Shown: one piece after another, positions 28,125-40,111 of the stretch
How the letters are laid out: each line of letters begins with the position of its first letter
Position numbering within the stretch: the stretch's first letter is position 1
Source: Rebecca billardiae RCC1528
Taxonomy: Eukaryota > Protista > Haptophyta
Length of the DNA stretch: 64,000 nt
Direction: 5' to 3'
Assembly (NCBI GenBank): GCA_965240325.2
Contig: OZ251226.1
Coordinates: forward strand, 992,001-1,056,000
The notes under the pieces: model-generated
Databases searched by the model: none
The model's input: only the letters and a program-made list of their open reading frames with translations
Told to the model about the DNA's origin: nothing
Position numbers and translations under genes: made by a program

Positions 28125-31100
28125 TCATGCCCGGAGGGACATCCTGGCCTTATCCAGGATGTCCTGTCGGATCTTGGGGTAGTTCGGGTAGGCCTTGAGG
28201 ACCTTGTGGCACACGTCAATCGCCTGCACGTACTCTTTGGCCTGCGCCCGGGCGGCCGCGCAGAGGTGGGGGGTCAGCTGGTCGTCTCGGCGCGACACGC
28301 ACGGGCCTGCGAGGCGCTCGCGAGCGCCCGCGCGCGCGCGCGCACCTTGAGCAGGTTGAACGCGAGCTTGTACCCCACGGCGGCGCCCGCCTCCCGCTCG
28401 AGCTGCCACGCCTGCTCGTACGCGGTGGCGGCGTCGCGGTACGAGAGCTCCTTCTCCTTGACCGCGCCGAGCAGGTCGTACGCGGGCGCGCACGAGCGGT
28501 TGGCGCCGAGGCACTTGTTGCACAGCTCCTCAGCCAGGTCGAACTTGCCGCCCTCCACGTACACGTGCGCGAGCAGCAGCCAGCCCAGCTCGAACTCGGA
28601 CGCGTACTCCGCCACGTAGTTCATCTTGGCGACGCGCTTGAGGTGGTTGCGCGCCTTGGGCGTCTCGCGCCGCACGAGGTGGCCGATCGAGACGGCGACC
28701 AGCGCGGGCACATAGTCCTGGTCTGTCTGCAGGATCTCGAGCAGCCGCGAGATCGCGCCCTCCACGTTGGGCTTTGACTTGTACGCGATGAGCACGAGGC
28801 ACTCGAGCACCTTCTGCTCGGGCGCGCGCGGGCGGCGCGCGCGGAGGCGGTGGCGCGCGGCGGTCGTCAGTCTTGGCGCGCGCGGATGGCGGCGCGGTGT
28901 GCGCGGCGCGTGCGGCCGGCCGCGCTGCTCGGAGGCGCGCTGGGATCGGCGCGGGGCGCCGCGCGCGCGCGCCTGCTTCTTGGACGGCTTGAGCTCGCGC
29001 AGCAAGCGCTCGGCGGCGGTGATGTTCTCCATCTGCGCGTCGTCCGGCGCGACGGGCGGCGGCGGCGCCGCGTTCTCCACCTGGCCGTCCTCCACCCAGT
29101 CGACCAGGCCCTCGGGCGAGATGTAAATCTCGACCATGTTGGTCACGGCGAGCTCGCCCCACTCCGAGTCCTTGCGCGCGTGGTTGAGCTCCTTGAGCGC
29201 CTCGTGCGGGTCGTTGAGGTAGCGCGCGAGCAGCCCGGCGCACACGTGCAGCCCGATCCGCTTCGACGCGCGCGCGTTCGCCGTCTGCGCGCGCTTCACG
29301 AACGGCTCCGCCTCGGTGAGCCGCCCCGCGTGCCGCAGCAGGATGATCAGCTTGTGCAGCGCAACGTAGTGAGCGGGCTCGCGGTCGAGCAGCTGCTGGA
29401 AGTGGTAGATCGCCGCGTCGTACTCGGCCTGCGGCGCGGCGCGGCGGGCGGCGGGCGGCGTGCGGCGTGCACGCGCGCGCGCGTGAGCTGGCAGAGCCGC
29501 CGCCGCGCGCGTGCGCGCGCGCGCGGCTGGTGCTCGGAGCGCGCGCGCGCGCGCGCGCGTGGCGCCGCGCGCGCTGGCGCCGCGCGCGCGACCGGCCGCG
29601 CGCGGCGCCGCACCTTGCGCAGCATGAGGTCGGCGAGCATGACGGAGGCGTCGATGTTGTCCGGGTCGAGCTTCATCAGCGCGACGCACTGGTGCTGGCA
29701 CTGCTCGATCTCGCCGCGCAGCAGGTACAGCTTCGCGAGCGCGAGCGTCGCCTTTGGCGAGTCCGGGTCATGCTTGACCGCCTCCTGGAAGTGAGAGAGG
29801 GCCGTGTCGTAGTCGCGCGTGTGCACGTGGAACTGGGCGAGGTGGATGCAGATCGAGGCGAGCGTCTTCTTGTGCTCGGGCAGCGACTCGGGCGCCTCGG
29901 CGTGCATCGCGCTCACCACGCGCTGCTGGCACGAGCGCGCCTTGTACAGCGCGTCCACCGCGGGCTTGAGCATGTCTTTCTCCTTGAGAACGCGCGCGAG
30001 CATCTGCCACGCGCCCACGTCCTTGGCGAGCTCCTGGCTGTGCCGCTCGCCGCCGGCGGAGGCGCGCGGCGGGTCGGCGTGGACGCCCGAGCCCGTGATC
30101 GCCGACGCGCCCTCGAGCACCTCCTCCAGCGTGTCCTGCGCCAGGTCGTACTTCTTGAGCCGCACGTACAGCTCCGCCAGCTCGTACTTGAGCGCCGCCT
30201 TTGCGGGGTCTGACGTGATCGCGGCGTGGTAGTACTCAACGGCGCGGACAAAGTCGTGCGTGGAGACGAGCGCCTTGCCGATGCGCGAGGCGAGCGACGC
30301 GTCGGCGGGCGAGCGCTTCAGCGCCTGCTCGAACGCGGGGATCGCCTTCTCCGGCTCCTGCACGTTCATATACGCCTCGCCGAGCGCGATGTAAGTCGAG
30401 ACCGACGGAGCCACCTTGACCAGCTCCTCGTGGCAGATGGCGTACATGCGCCGGTCGTTGCGGTACTTGAGGTAGAGCTCGGCGAGCATGACCTTGGCCT
30501 TCTGGAAGTTGGGGTTGTCCGCGCCCACGTTGCGCAGGATCGCGAGCGCGCCCTCCACGTCGCCCTTCTTGAGCAGCAGCTCGCAGTTGGCGACGGTGAT
30601 GCGCCCCTCCTGAGGCGTCCCTGCAAACGCGGCGATCGCGGCGTGCATCGTCTTCGCCGCCTCGTCGGTGCGGTCGAGCTTGAGCAGCACGTCGACGGTC
30701 TGCAGGAAGACGGAGCAGCGCTCGTGCGCCGACGGCGGCGTCCCCTTACTCACCGGCCCGCCGTCCTTCACGCCGGGCAGCCGCACCGCCTCCTGCAGCA
30801 CGGCCAATGCCTCGCTCAGCTCCGCGTCCTGCGCGAGCGTGTGCGCGCGCACGACGTGGTACAGCAGCGAGTCGCGCACCTCGAAGTTGTGCGCGAGCGC
30901 GGCCTCGAGCACGGCCATCGCCGCCTTCGGCTGCTCCTGCCGCAGCAGGATCTGCGCGTGCAGCAGGCTCGCCGGCACGTACGTCGGGTCGGCGCGCGTG
31001 CACGACGCGAGCAGCCGCAGCGCCGCGTCAAAGTCCGAGTTGAGGAACTTGGCGCGCGCGAGCAGCATCTGCCCCTCGAGCAGGCCGGGGACCTGCTTGC

Positions 31101-32571
31101 GCACGATGTCGAGGAGCTTGAGCGCCTTGCTGATCGCCATCGCCTCGATCGAGCCGTGCTCCAGCACCTCGGGCTCCGACCCCACGTGCCCCACGTACTC
31201 GCGCGCCAGCTGAAGCAGAAAGTCCGGGTTGAGCTTCACGTAGTAAGTCACGTCATACGCCTGTTGCTTCAGCTCGGTCATGTGCAGCTCGAGCGCCTGG
31301 TCGAGGTACGCGACGGCGCGCGCCTTGTCGCCGCGGTGCCGCGCCTCCACCAGCGCCTCGACCAGCGCGAGCTCCGCCGTCATCCCCAGCGCCGCCTGGA
31401 TCTCGGCGATGAACTCGAGCTGCGACGCCGCCTCGCGCAGCGCGCCCGTCTCAATCTGGCAGCGGATCTGCCCGAGCAGCGCGTCCATGTTCGCCTCGTC
31501 GAGGGCGTGCGCCTCGCGGTACGCGGCGGCGGCGGCGGCGAAGTCGCCGAGCAGCGTGTACTGGTACCCCTTCTCCACCACGTACGCCGCCTCCGCCGGC
31601 GCGAGCTTGCACGCGCGCTCGATGAGCGCGAGCGTGGGCTTGACGACGCCCGCGTTGCGCCCCGCGATCCGAGCGAACGGCCGCGAGACGCTCTCGAGCA
31701 GCGAGGCGTTCTTGGGCTCGTGCCGGTCGATCGCGTCGATGAGGTCGGAGATGCGGCTCTGCGCCGTCGAGTACTTCGCGTCCTGCGAGAGCAGGAACAG
31801 GATCGTGATGCGCAGCGCCTCGATGTTGTGCGTGTCGTGCGCGAGCACGCGCTGCGCCGTCTCGATCGCCTGCTCCCAGTCGCCCATCATCATCAGCACC
31901 TTGGCCTTCTCGGCGAGGGCGGGGAGGAACCACTGGTACAGCACGATCACCTGGTTCAGGTTCTCCAGCGCCGGGTTGTAGTCCTCCAGCAGCTCGAAGT
32001 GCTTCGCCTTGCCCATCAGCGCCTCGAGCTCCTTGCGCGAGTTGTGCGCGTCCCACTCATCGGGCGCGAGCTGGTGCGCGCCGCCCTCGGACGTGAGCTC
32101 GATCCAGCAGCGGAGGATGTGGCCCTGCTGCGAGCCGGGCTTCATGTCGAGCAGCCGGTCCACGTAGTCCCGCGCGTCCTCCAGCCGGTTCGCGTGCCAC
32201 ATGAACTGCGCCGCCTGGAAGAGGCCGCGCTCGCCCACGCGCGGCTGCTCGCGCGCGAGCGCCGCCTGCAGCCGCGACACCTCGTCCGAGTCGACGATCT
32301 TGGACTGCCGGTGGGCGTGCAGGAGGGCGACGAGCACCGCGAAGAGCATGTCCCCCTCGCGCCGGATCGACTCCAGGTCGCGGATCGCCTCGTTGTTCGA
32401 GCCCTCGCGCATCGCGCCGTACGCGCGCCAGAACACCAGCGCCGGGTCCGAGTTGGGCTTCTTCTTGAGGAACTCGTTGCACACGGTCTGGATGTGGCGG
32501 TAGTACGACGTGCGCGCATAGTAGTTGCACAGCCCCTGCACCTCCGCCGTCGCCGACGGCGGCGTCGCCAT
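28125..32571 (-). CDS. IFT139: Intraflagellar transport protein 139 (TTC21B orthologue), 4 exons
   Basis: N-terminal NYYAR..YYRHIQ and FWRAYG, TPR array throughout, C-terminal [40 protein letters not shown]. Exons 32571-29614, 29428-28973, 28813-28346, 28241-28125. Intron 2 (28814-28972) is GC-AG with a CTGAC branch site. Confidence 0.93.
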
Positions 32572-32691
32572 CTCTCCGCGCGCCCGGAACCAGCCGAGCG
32601 CCTCCGCCCTCGCAACGGCAACCGTGGGCCTCCACCGCTCAGCCCGGAAACCCGCAGCCGAGCAAGGCCAAGGCAAGGCACAGCTTTGCTG

Positions 32692-33800
32692 CAAGGGTGG
32701 TCAGGGTCGCCGACTCCAGCGGAGTCCGGCGCCGGAGCTTCGCTTACAGATTTTTGCAGCGGAGCGGCGCGCGCGGCCGCCGCCGCTGCGGCGGGCCGCT
32801 CGGGACGTGCACGGCGTGGGCTCGTGCGGCCGCTGCCGCGCACGCCGAGCGATCTGGCGCGGTGTCGCGGCTGGTTGATGGCCTCGCGCGCCCCAGCGCG
32901 CCGCGCGCCTTGCCTGACTTCGCCTGTCTCGCGCCTTGGCCGCCGTGCACTCATGCGCCGCCAAACCGCAAGCTCGGCATACCTCTCAGCCGAGCGTGCA
33001 CGTGCCTTGCGCGACGCGACGCGGGCATTGCCGCCGGGCGATGTAGCCCTTATGTAGGCGTAGTGTGAGCGCGCGCCGTGAAGCCTCGGCGCGGATCGAG
33101 AACAATGAAATGATGCCGCGTACGCGCGTGGACCGTCTGTTCGTTGAGCAGTGCAGAAAGCTGCACGACTGACTCTCTTGCCGGGGCGATCGTCACGTCG
33201 CATCGTCACGCAAGGCTCACACACACGTCATAGTGGCCTTCGTCGTTTTGGCTACAACGCTCGACTAGAGTTCACGAGTCGCAGCGTCGCGATATCCCAT
33301 CGTTCAACGGAGGACCGTGGTGATGTCCATTGGTGGTTGATGCGTCAGCAGTTGTCGACCGAGCTGACCGAGACGTTGAAGACACTCTCGATCCGCGCCG
33401 AGGCTTCACGGCGCGCGCTCACACTACGCCTACATCGCCCGGCGGCAATGCCCGCGTCGCGTCGCGCAAGGCACGTGCACGCTCGGCTGAGAGGTATGCC
33501 GAGCTTGCGGTTTGGCGGCGCATGAGTGCACGGCGGCCAAGGCGCGAGACAGGCGAAGTCAGGCAAGGCGCGCGGCGCGCTGGGGCGCGCGAGGCCATCA
33601 ACCAGCAGCGACACCGCGCCAGATCGCTCGGCGTGCGCGGCAGCGGCCGCACGAGCCCACGCCGTGCACGTCCCGAGCGGCCCGCCGCAGCGGCGGCGGC
33701 CGCGCGCGCCGCTCCGCTGCAAAAATCTGTAAGCGAAGCTCCGGCGCCGGACTCCGCTGGAGTCGGCGACCCTTGACCACCCTTGCCCTGACCACCCTTG
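32692..33800. mobile_element. Foldback-type non-autonomous DNA transposon (P/Galileo-like or hAT-like), 1109 bp
   Basis: Inverted arms 32692-33101 and 33386-33800 are almost identical; 284-bp spacer. Termini CAAGGGTGGTCAGGG...CCCTGACCACCCTTG; exact 7-bp TSD TTTGCTG at 32685-32691 and 33801-33807. Confidence 0.85.
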
Positions 33801-33965
33801 TTTGCTGTCCGGGCGCCGTGCAAGCGTCGCCATCGTGCGGTGATTCGTGGGGTGCCCTGGTGGTCAAGCGAGCCGCTCAACTGAAGAAGGCGGTTGAGCA
33901 CCTCCGCGGAATACCGGCCGCTCGTCGAGCACGCCGCCGCGGGAGGGAGCAAGCGCGCGGGGAAC

Positions 33966-36900
33966 ATGGGTGACCTGCATTTCGACGCGCGTGTGCGCAC
34001 GGCGCACGAGCGCTTCGCCAACCACGAGCACAAGCTCGCGCAGGAGCGCGAGCACTCGGCCGAGCCGGGGTACGCGGCGGGCGCGGGCAGCGCCTTCCGG
34101 AACAGCGTGCTCGGCCGCTCGCTCGTCGAGCTCGAGGCGGCCGAGCGCACAAAGGCCGTCCAGCGCGGCGTGCCTGTGAGCAAGGCGGGGTCGACGATCG
34201 GCGGGGTCACCGTCGGCACGGCGTTCGGGCCCGCGCCGCCCGCCGTGCCGCTGCTCGCCTCGGCCAGCACCGGTCTCACGCACTCGTACCGCGTGCGGCT
34301 CGACGCGCGCTCGCGGCCGGCGAGCGCCACGGCGGGCATGGTGGGCGCGCACGGTGGGTACAACGCGCCCGTCTCGGTGAGCACGTCCAAGCTGCGCAGC
34401 GCCGTCCTCGCCTCGCGCATGGAGCGCCCGCCGCACGACCCGGCGGCCGCGCCGCCCGCTCGGCGGCCGCGGCCAGCCTCTGCGACTTATGCGCGCACGC
34501 CGGCGTGCGCGGCCGAGGCGGGCATGGGCGGGAGCGCACCGGGCTCGATCGCGCCGACGCGCGCGGCGAGCCGGCCAACCTCCGCCTCCTCGGCCCGGCC
34601 GAGCTCGGGCCGCCCGTCGCGGCCCGGCTCAGGCCGCTCGCGAGCGTCGGTGGACGCGCGCGCGGGCGCGCCCGCCCCGCCGTACTACGCTTGTTCGGAC
34701 GGCGTGCGCGCAGTGGACCGGCCGCTGAGCGCGGCCGTGGTCGGGTCGCGCTTCGAGGGCAGCCCGTACGCGGCGGCGAGCTCGCGCCCCTCCTCGGCGA
34801 CGGCGGGCCTGCGCGTCCCGTTCGCCGCGTGGGGCGAGGCCACGCAGCGCGGCTCGGCGCCGCCGCCTCCGGTGCAGCCGCCGCCGCCGCGAGCGCCGCA
34901 CCCAAGCGGCGGCGCGGGCGCGGGCGCGGCCGCCGAGCACCATCGGCCGCAGCCGGTGCGCGCGGGCTCGCCGGTGCCGCCGGCGCCCACGCCGCGCGAC
35001 GGCGCGCACGTCGGCCGGACGACCCCTCGGCACGCCGCCGAGCGGAGCGACGCCGGCTCGCCGCCGGGCGGCGCGCGCTCGCGCGCGCGCTCACCGCAGA
35101 GCGGCGCAGAGTCAGCGCGCGCGCGCTCGCCGCTGAGCGGCGCGAGCGGCGGCGAGGAGGAGGAGCTGAGCATGGCGACGATGACGCCGCGCGAGCCGGG
35201 GTACAGCCGCGTGCCGAGCTCGGCGGCGACGCCGCGCCCGACGCCCTCCTCAGCCACCGCCACCATGCTCCGCCTCCGCCACCCGGCGAGCGCGCGGGCG
35301 ATGTCTGTCAGTACCTCAGAGCGCACGCTGGGATGGGACGGGCAGCCGGCCGCCGCGCGCTCGCTGCTGCGCGCGGAGGCGCTGGCGGCGATCGACGCGG
35401 AGGCGCACGAGGCGTCGCAGTGGGCGCGGGAGAGCGCGGTCGAGGGCGAGGCCGCGCCGCCTTTTTTCCCGATCGACGCCTTTGACGGCTCTGAGTTTGA
35501 GTCTGCGGCGTGCCACGCCGCGCTGCGAGCGCTGCCGCGCCGGCCGCCGCCCAAGCCCGAGCGCTCGGACGCGGCGGGCGCGCGCGAGCCGGCGCGCGAC
35601 GAGCTCGGCGGCTTCGACGGCGTGAAGGCCCACTCGCGGTACTACTTCAACGACGGCTCCTGGCAGTGGTCCGCGTGCCGCGTGCTCGCGTTCGACGAGG
35701 CGTCGCGCCTCTTCACAATTGAGTGGGGGGCCTCGGCGGTGTCTCGGCCGGCGAGCCGCGCGCCCACGCCGCGCGGCTCGCCGCCGCTGCAGCCGCCGCC
35801 GGCGCCGCGCAAGCCGGCGTCGCGGCTGAACCTGCTCTTCGACGACGAGTCGCCGCTCCCCTTCGCGCTGCGCGTGATCGATGCGCTGGACGGGCGGCGC
35901 AGGCTCGAGGCACAGCTGCGGTACGGCGGACTGATCGGCTCGCTCCCCCTCGAGCACGCGCCAACCGCCGCGCGGCACACGCTCGTTGGGATCGAGCGGC
36001 GCGCGGCGCTGCGCCGGGTGCCCGAGGGGCGCGAGGGCGCGAAGCGGCGCGCGCTGCTCGAGCGCCTGTGGGACGAGGTGCACACCGACTATCGGCGCGC
36101 GCACGTCGCCCTCGCCTTTGAGGAGCGAGAGCACGTGGCGCCGTGGCGCGCGGCCGGCGCCGTGCACCCGGCGCTGGCGGCGAGCGCGGCCGTGACGGTG
36201 CGGCTGGCGCCCGCCGCGCGCGAGTGCTTCGCGGTGGGCGCGGTGCGCGTGACGGCCTCGAGCGCCGAGCTCGCGCGCCGCGTCGCGCCCGAGCTCGCCG
36301 TCGCGCAGACGGCCGAGGGGCGCGCGCCCTTCGGCGCGGTGCTCGCGGCCGTTTCCGAGCAACTTCCGAATCTCGAGGGGCAGCGGGCAATCTCGCGCAT
36401 CTGGGCGCAGCTCGCGCCGCTGGCGGACGCGCTGGGCCTCGCGGAGGGCGGCGACGCGCCGGCGCGCGCGCCCGAGCCCGGCGCGGCGGCCGGCGCCGAG
36501 CCCGACGGCGGCGCCGACGGCGAGGCCGCGGCCGGCGCCGACGCGGCCGCCGGCACGCCGGCGCGCGCCGGCGCGGCCGCGGCCGGCGCGACGCTGCTGC
36601 GCGGGCGCGCGGCCTGGCCGATGAGCCTGCTCGAGTACGAGGCGTTCCAGCTGGCGCAGACGGAGTACGCGGTGAAGCACTTCAACGGCGTGGTCCTCGC
36701 CGACGTGTGCGCAGCGATCCTCGGTGCCGTCGGCGCGCGGCCGCATCTTTGCCCGAGCCAGGCGCACGCAGACGCTCACGACCGACTGGCCGTGGTGGCA
36801 GACACGCTGATCGCCCGCGCGCTGCGCGAGCTCGTGGCCGCGTCGGTGCGCGCGTGGGCGGGCCCGTTCGTGACCGCGGAGTACGCGCCGGCGGCGCACG

Positions 36901-39900
36901 CCGCGCCCGCCGGCGCGCCGCCCGCCGACGAGCCCACACCCGCCGCTGGGCGAGAGTTTGCCGCGGTGATCGGCGCGGCTCGGCCGATCCTGCGCATTGA
37001 GGCGTGCCTTGTCGAGGGCGGCGCGGGCGGCGCGGGCGGCGCGGGCGGCGACGGCGGCGAAGCGGCCACGGTCGTGTTCGAGCCGACGCTCGAGGCGTGC
37101 GCGCGCGGCGTGCTCGGCGCGGCGTCGCGCGCGCTGGGCGAGGCAGAGACGGAGCTCAAGCGCACGCCGCGCGCGTGGCGTGCCACGCCCGAATTTACCC
37201 ACCTGTGGGTGGAGGACTCAGATGTGCCCGTGCACGAGCCGAAGCCGCTCGGGCCGCTGCTGCGGCTGCGCTCGGACGCGGCGCTGCGCGACGAGCTCGC
37301 GGCGGGCGCGCCGGGCGCGGTGGAGGCCGTGCTGGCGGAGCAGGCGGCGCGGCCGCGCGCGCTCGCCGCCGCGTACGCCCGACTTGCGGCTAAGCTCCCC
37401 GCGCACCCAGATGAGCTGGTGAGCAGGCTGCACGCGCGCACGCGCGCCGCGGACGCGGAGGCGTGGCGCGACGTGTGGTCGGCCGAGGTGCGCGCGCTGC
37501 GCCGCACGCGCGACGACGTGCTCGCGCTGTGCCCGGGCGAGACGCTGCCGCTCGGCGTGTATGATGTGCACGTCTCGCGCGTGCGCGACGCAATCTGCGC
37601 GCGCGCCGACGCCGCGCTCGACGCGCTCTGCGGCGCGGTCGCGGAGCGCGCGCGCGCGGACGTGCGCGCAATCAACTCGGAGGCGGAGGCGGCGATCAAG
37701 GCGATCGCCGCCACGTCCGCCGACGCGGAGGCGTGGTCGTCGCAGCGCGCGCTCTTCGACGCCTCGAGCGAGCTCGCCATCGCGCTCGAGCGCCGCGCGC
37801 ACGACGCGACGCTTCGGCTCGCCGTCCTCGGCGCCGCCGAGCGCGACCTCGACGAGTCGCTCGAGCTGGCGCACTATCACGCGCTCGGCGCGGCGCAGCG
37901 GGTGGCGTACGCGGCGGACGAGCACGAGGGCTCGCTGCTGCTCACGTCGGAGCGGCTGATGGGCGCGCTGCGCGCGCAGCGCGACGAGGTGCAGACCGAG
38001 GTGGACGCGCTCACCGAGGCCGTCACACGCTTCCGCGCACACTCGGACGAGTCGCTCGACTCGGCCGAGGCCCTCGCCGCGACCGCCGAGGGCCTGGACG
38101 GCCGGCTGAGCAAGGTGCTCGAGGCGGCGGCGGAGGTGAACCGGCGCGAGGCGATCTTCGGCTGGCCGACGACGGTGTTCGACGAGCTGCAGGCCGCGGT
38201 GGCCGACTTTGCGCCGCTCGCGCAGCTCTGGCGGCTCTCCGCGGAGATTCTCAGCGCACACGCCAACGCGCTCGACGGACCGCTGCGGATGGTGGACGTG
38301 GGTCAACTGGACGACGACATCGGCCGCTGGGCGACCGACCTGGGCCGGCTCGCGCGCGCGGTGCGCGCGCGCGCGGCGGCGACGGGCACCGAGTCCGGCG
38401 CGCCGCTCTCCGTCGTCGACGCCGTGCGAGACGTGCTGGCGGGCGCGCGCGAGTTCCTGCCGCTGCTGCGCACGCTAAACGCTCCCGGCCTCAAGCCGAG
38501 GCACTGGGAGCAGATCTCCGAGCTCGCCGGCGCGGCGCTCAACCCGCTCGGCGAGTCGTCGCTCTCGCTCGAGGCGATCCTGCGGATGAAGCTGGACGAG
38601 CCGACGATGGAGGGCATCCAGGAGATCGCCGACGTCGCCTCGCGCGAGCACGCCATCGAGCGCGCGCTCGAGAAGATGACGGCCGCGTGGCGCGCGGCTG
38701 ATCTCGAGATCGCGCCGCACGGCCCGTCGGGCTCGCGCGTGCTGCGCGCGATGGACGAGATGATGCTCACGCTGGACGAGCACACGGCGCGGTGCCACGC
38801 GATGGCGGCGTCGCCGCACGCGCAGCCCGTCGCGGACGGCCTGCACGCGCTGCTCACGCAACTCCGACTCACGGCGGACGTTCTCGAGGTCTGGTTCCAA
38901 TGCCAGCGCGGCTGGCTCTACTTGCAGCCGCTGTTCGCCGCGCCAGACATCGAGCGCGCGATGCCGTCGGAGGCGCGGCACTTCGGCGCGATCGACCGCG
39001 TGTGGCGCTCGACGATGGACGCGGCCGCCGCGCGGCCCAACGCGCTGCGCTTCTGCGCCGGCTCGCCGCGGCTGCTCGAGACGCTTCGCGAGACGGCGCG
39101 CCACCTCGACTCAGTCCTCAAGGGCCTCGCCGAGTTTTTGGACGGCAAGCGGATCAACTTCCCGCGCTTCTTCTTCCTCTCGGACGAGGAGCTGCTGCAG
39201 CTGCTCTCGCACGCGCAGGACCCGACGGCGGTGCAGCCGCACCTGACGCAGTGCTTCGAGGGCATCGCGCGACTCGACTTTGACGTCGACGCCGCGATCG
39301 CCGCCGCGGCCGAGGCGGCCGCCGCCTCGGCCGCCGCGCCGCCGCGCTCTACCGTCTTCTTCGCGGGCGACGCGCCGCCCGCGCCGCCCACGCCGCCCAC
39401 GCCGCCCGCGCCGTCCAAGGCGGGGCTCATCGTGGCGATGCGCTCGGTGGAGGGCGAGGTGGTGCGCTTCGAGCCCGCCGACGTCGTCGACCCGGAGCTC
39501 GGGTACCGGCGCGGCAAGGTCGAGCTGTGGCTGGCCGAAGTCGAGAGCAGCATGCGCCGCGCGGTCAAGGCGGCGGTGGCGCGCGCGATCGGCGCGCGCG
39601 GCGAGCGCAGCCGCGCGCAGTGGGCGCTGGCGCACCCGGCGCAGGCGGTGCTCGCGGCGAACGCGCTCTTCTGGACCTCCGACGTCGAGGCCGCCCTCGC
39701 CGACGCCGCCGCCGCCGAGCGGCTTGACGCGGCGGACCTCGTCGTCTTCCGCTCGCTGCAGCAGCTGCACAGCCGGCAGTCGTCCGAGCTGGGCGAGATC
39801 GTCGAGCTGGTGCGCGGCGAGCTGAAGCCGGTGCAGCGCGTGCTGCTCGGCGCGCTGATCACGCTGGACGTGCACCAGCGCGACGTCACCGCCGAGCTGC

Positions 39901-40076
39901 TCGACGCCGAGGTGCGCGACCCGTCCGAATTCGCATGGCAGGCGCAGCTGCGATACTACTCGCCGCCAGACGAGCGCGCGGCCGCCTCCGCCGCCGCCGC
40001 GGCGGGCGCGGGCGCGGGCGCAGGCGGCGCGCCGGCGGAGGGCGATGCGGGCGGGGCCGGCGGCGAGGGCGACGAT

Positions 40077-40111
<35 letters not shown>

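Noticed and set aside
30226-33057. 943-aa plus-strand ORF
   Set aside because: Antisense shadow of IFT139 caused by GC3-biased codons.
32697-33973. Mirror-image ORF pairs on opposite strands
   Set aside because: A by-product of the foldback element's inverted arms.
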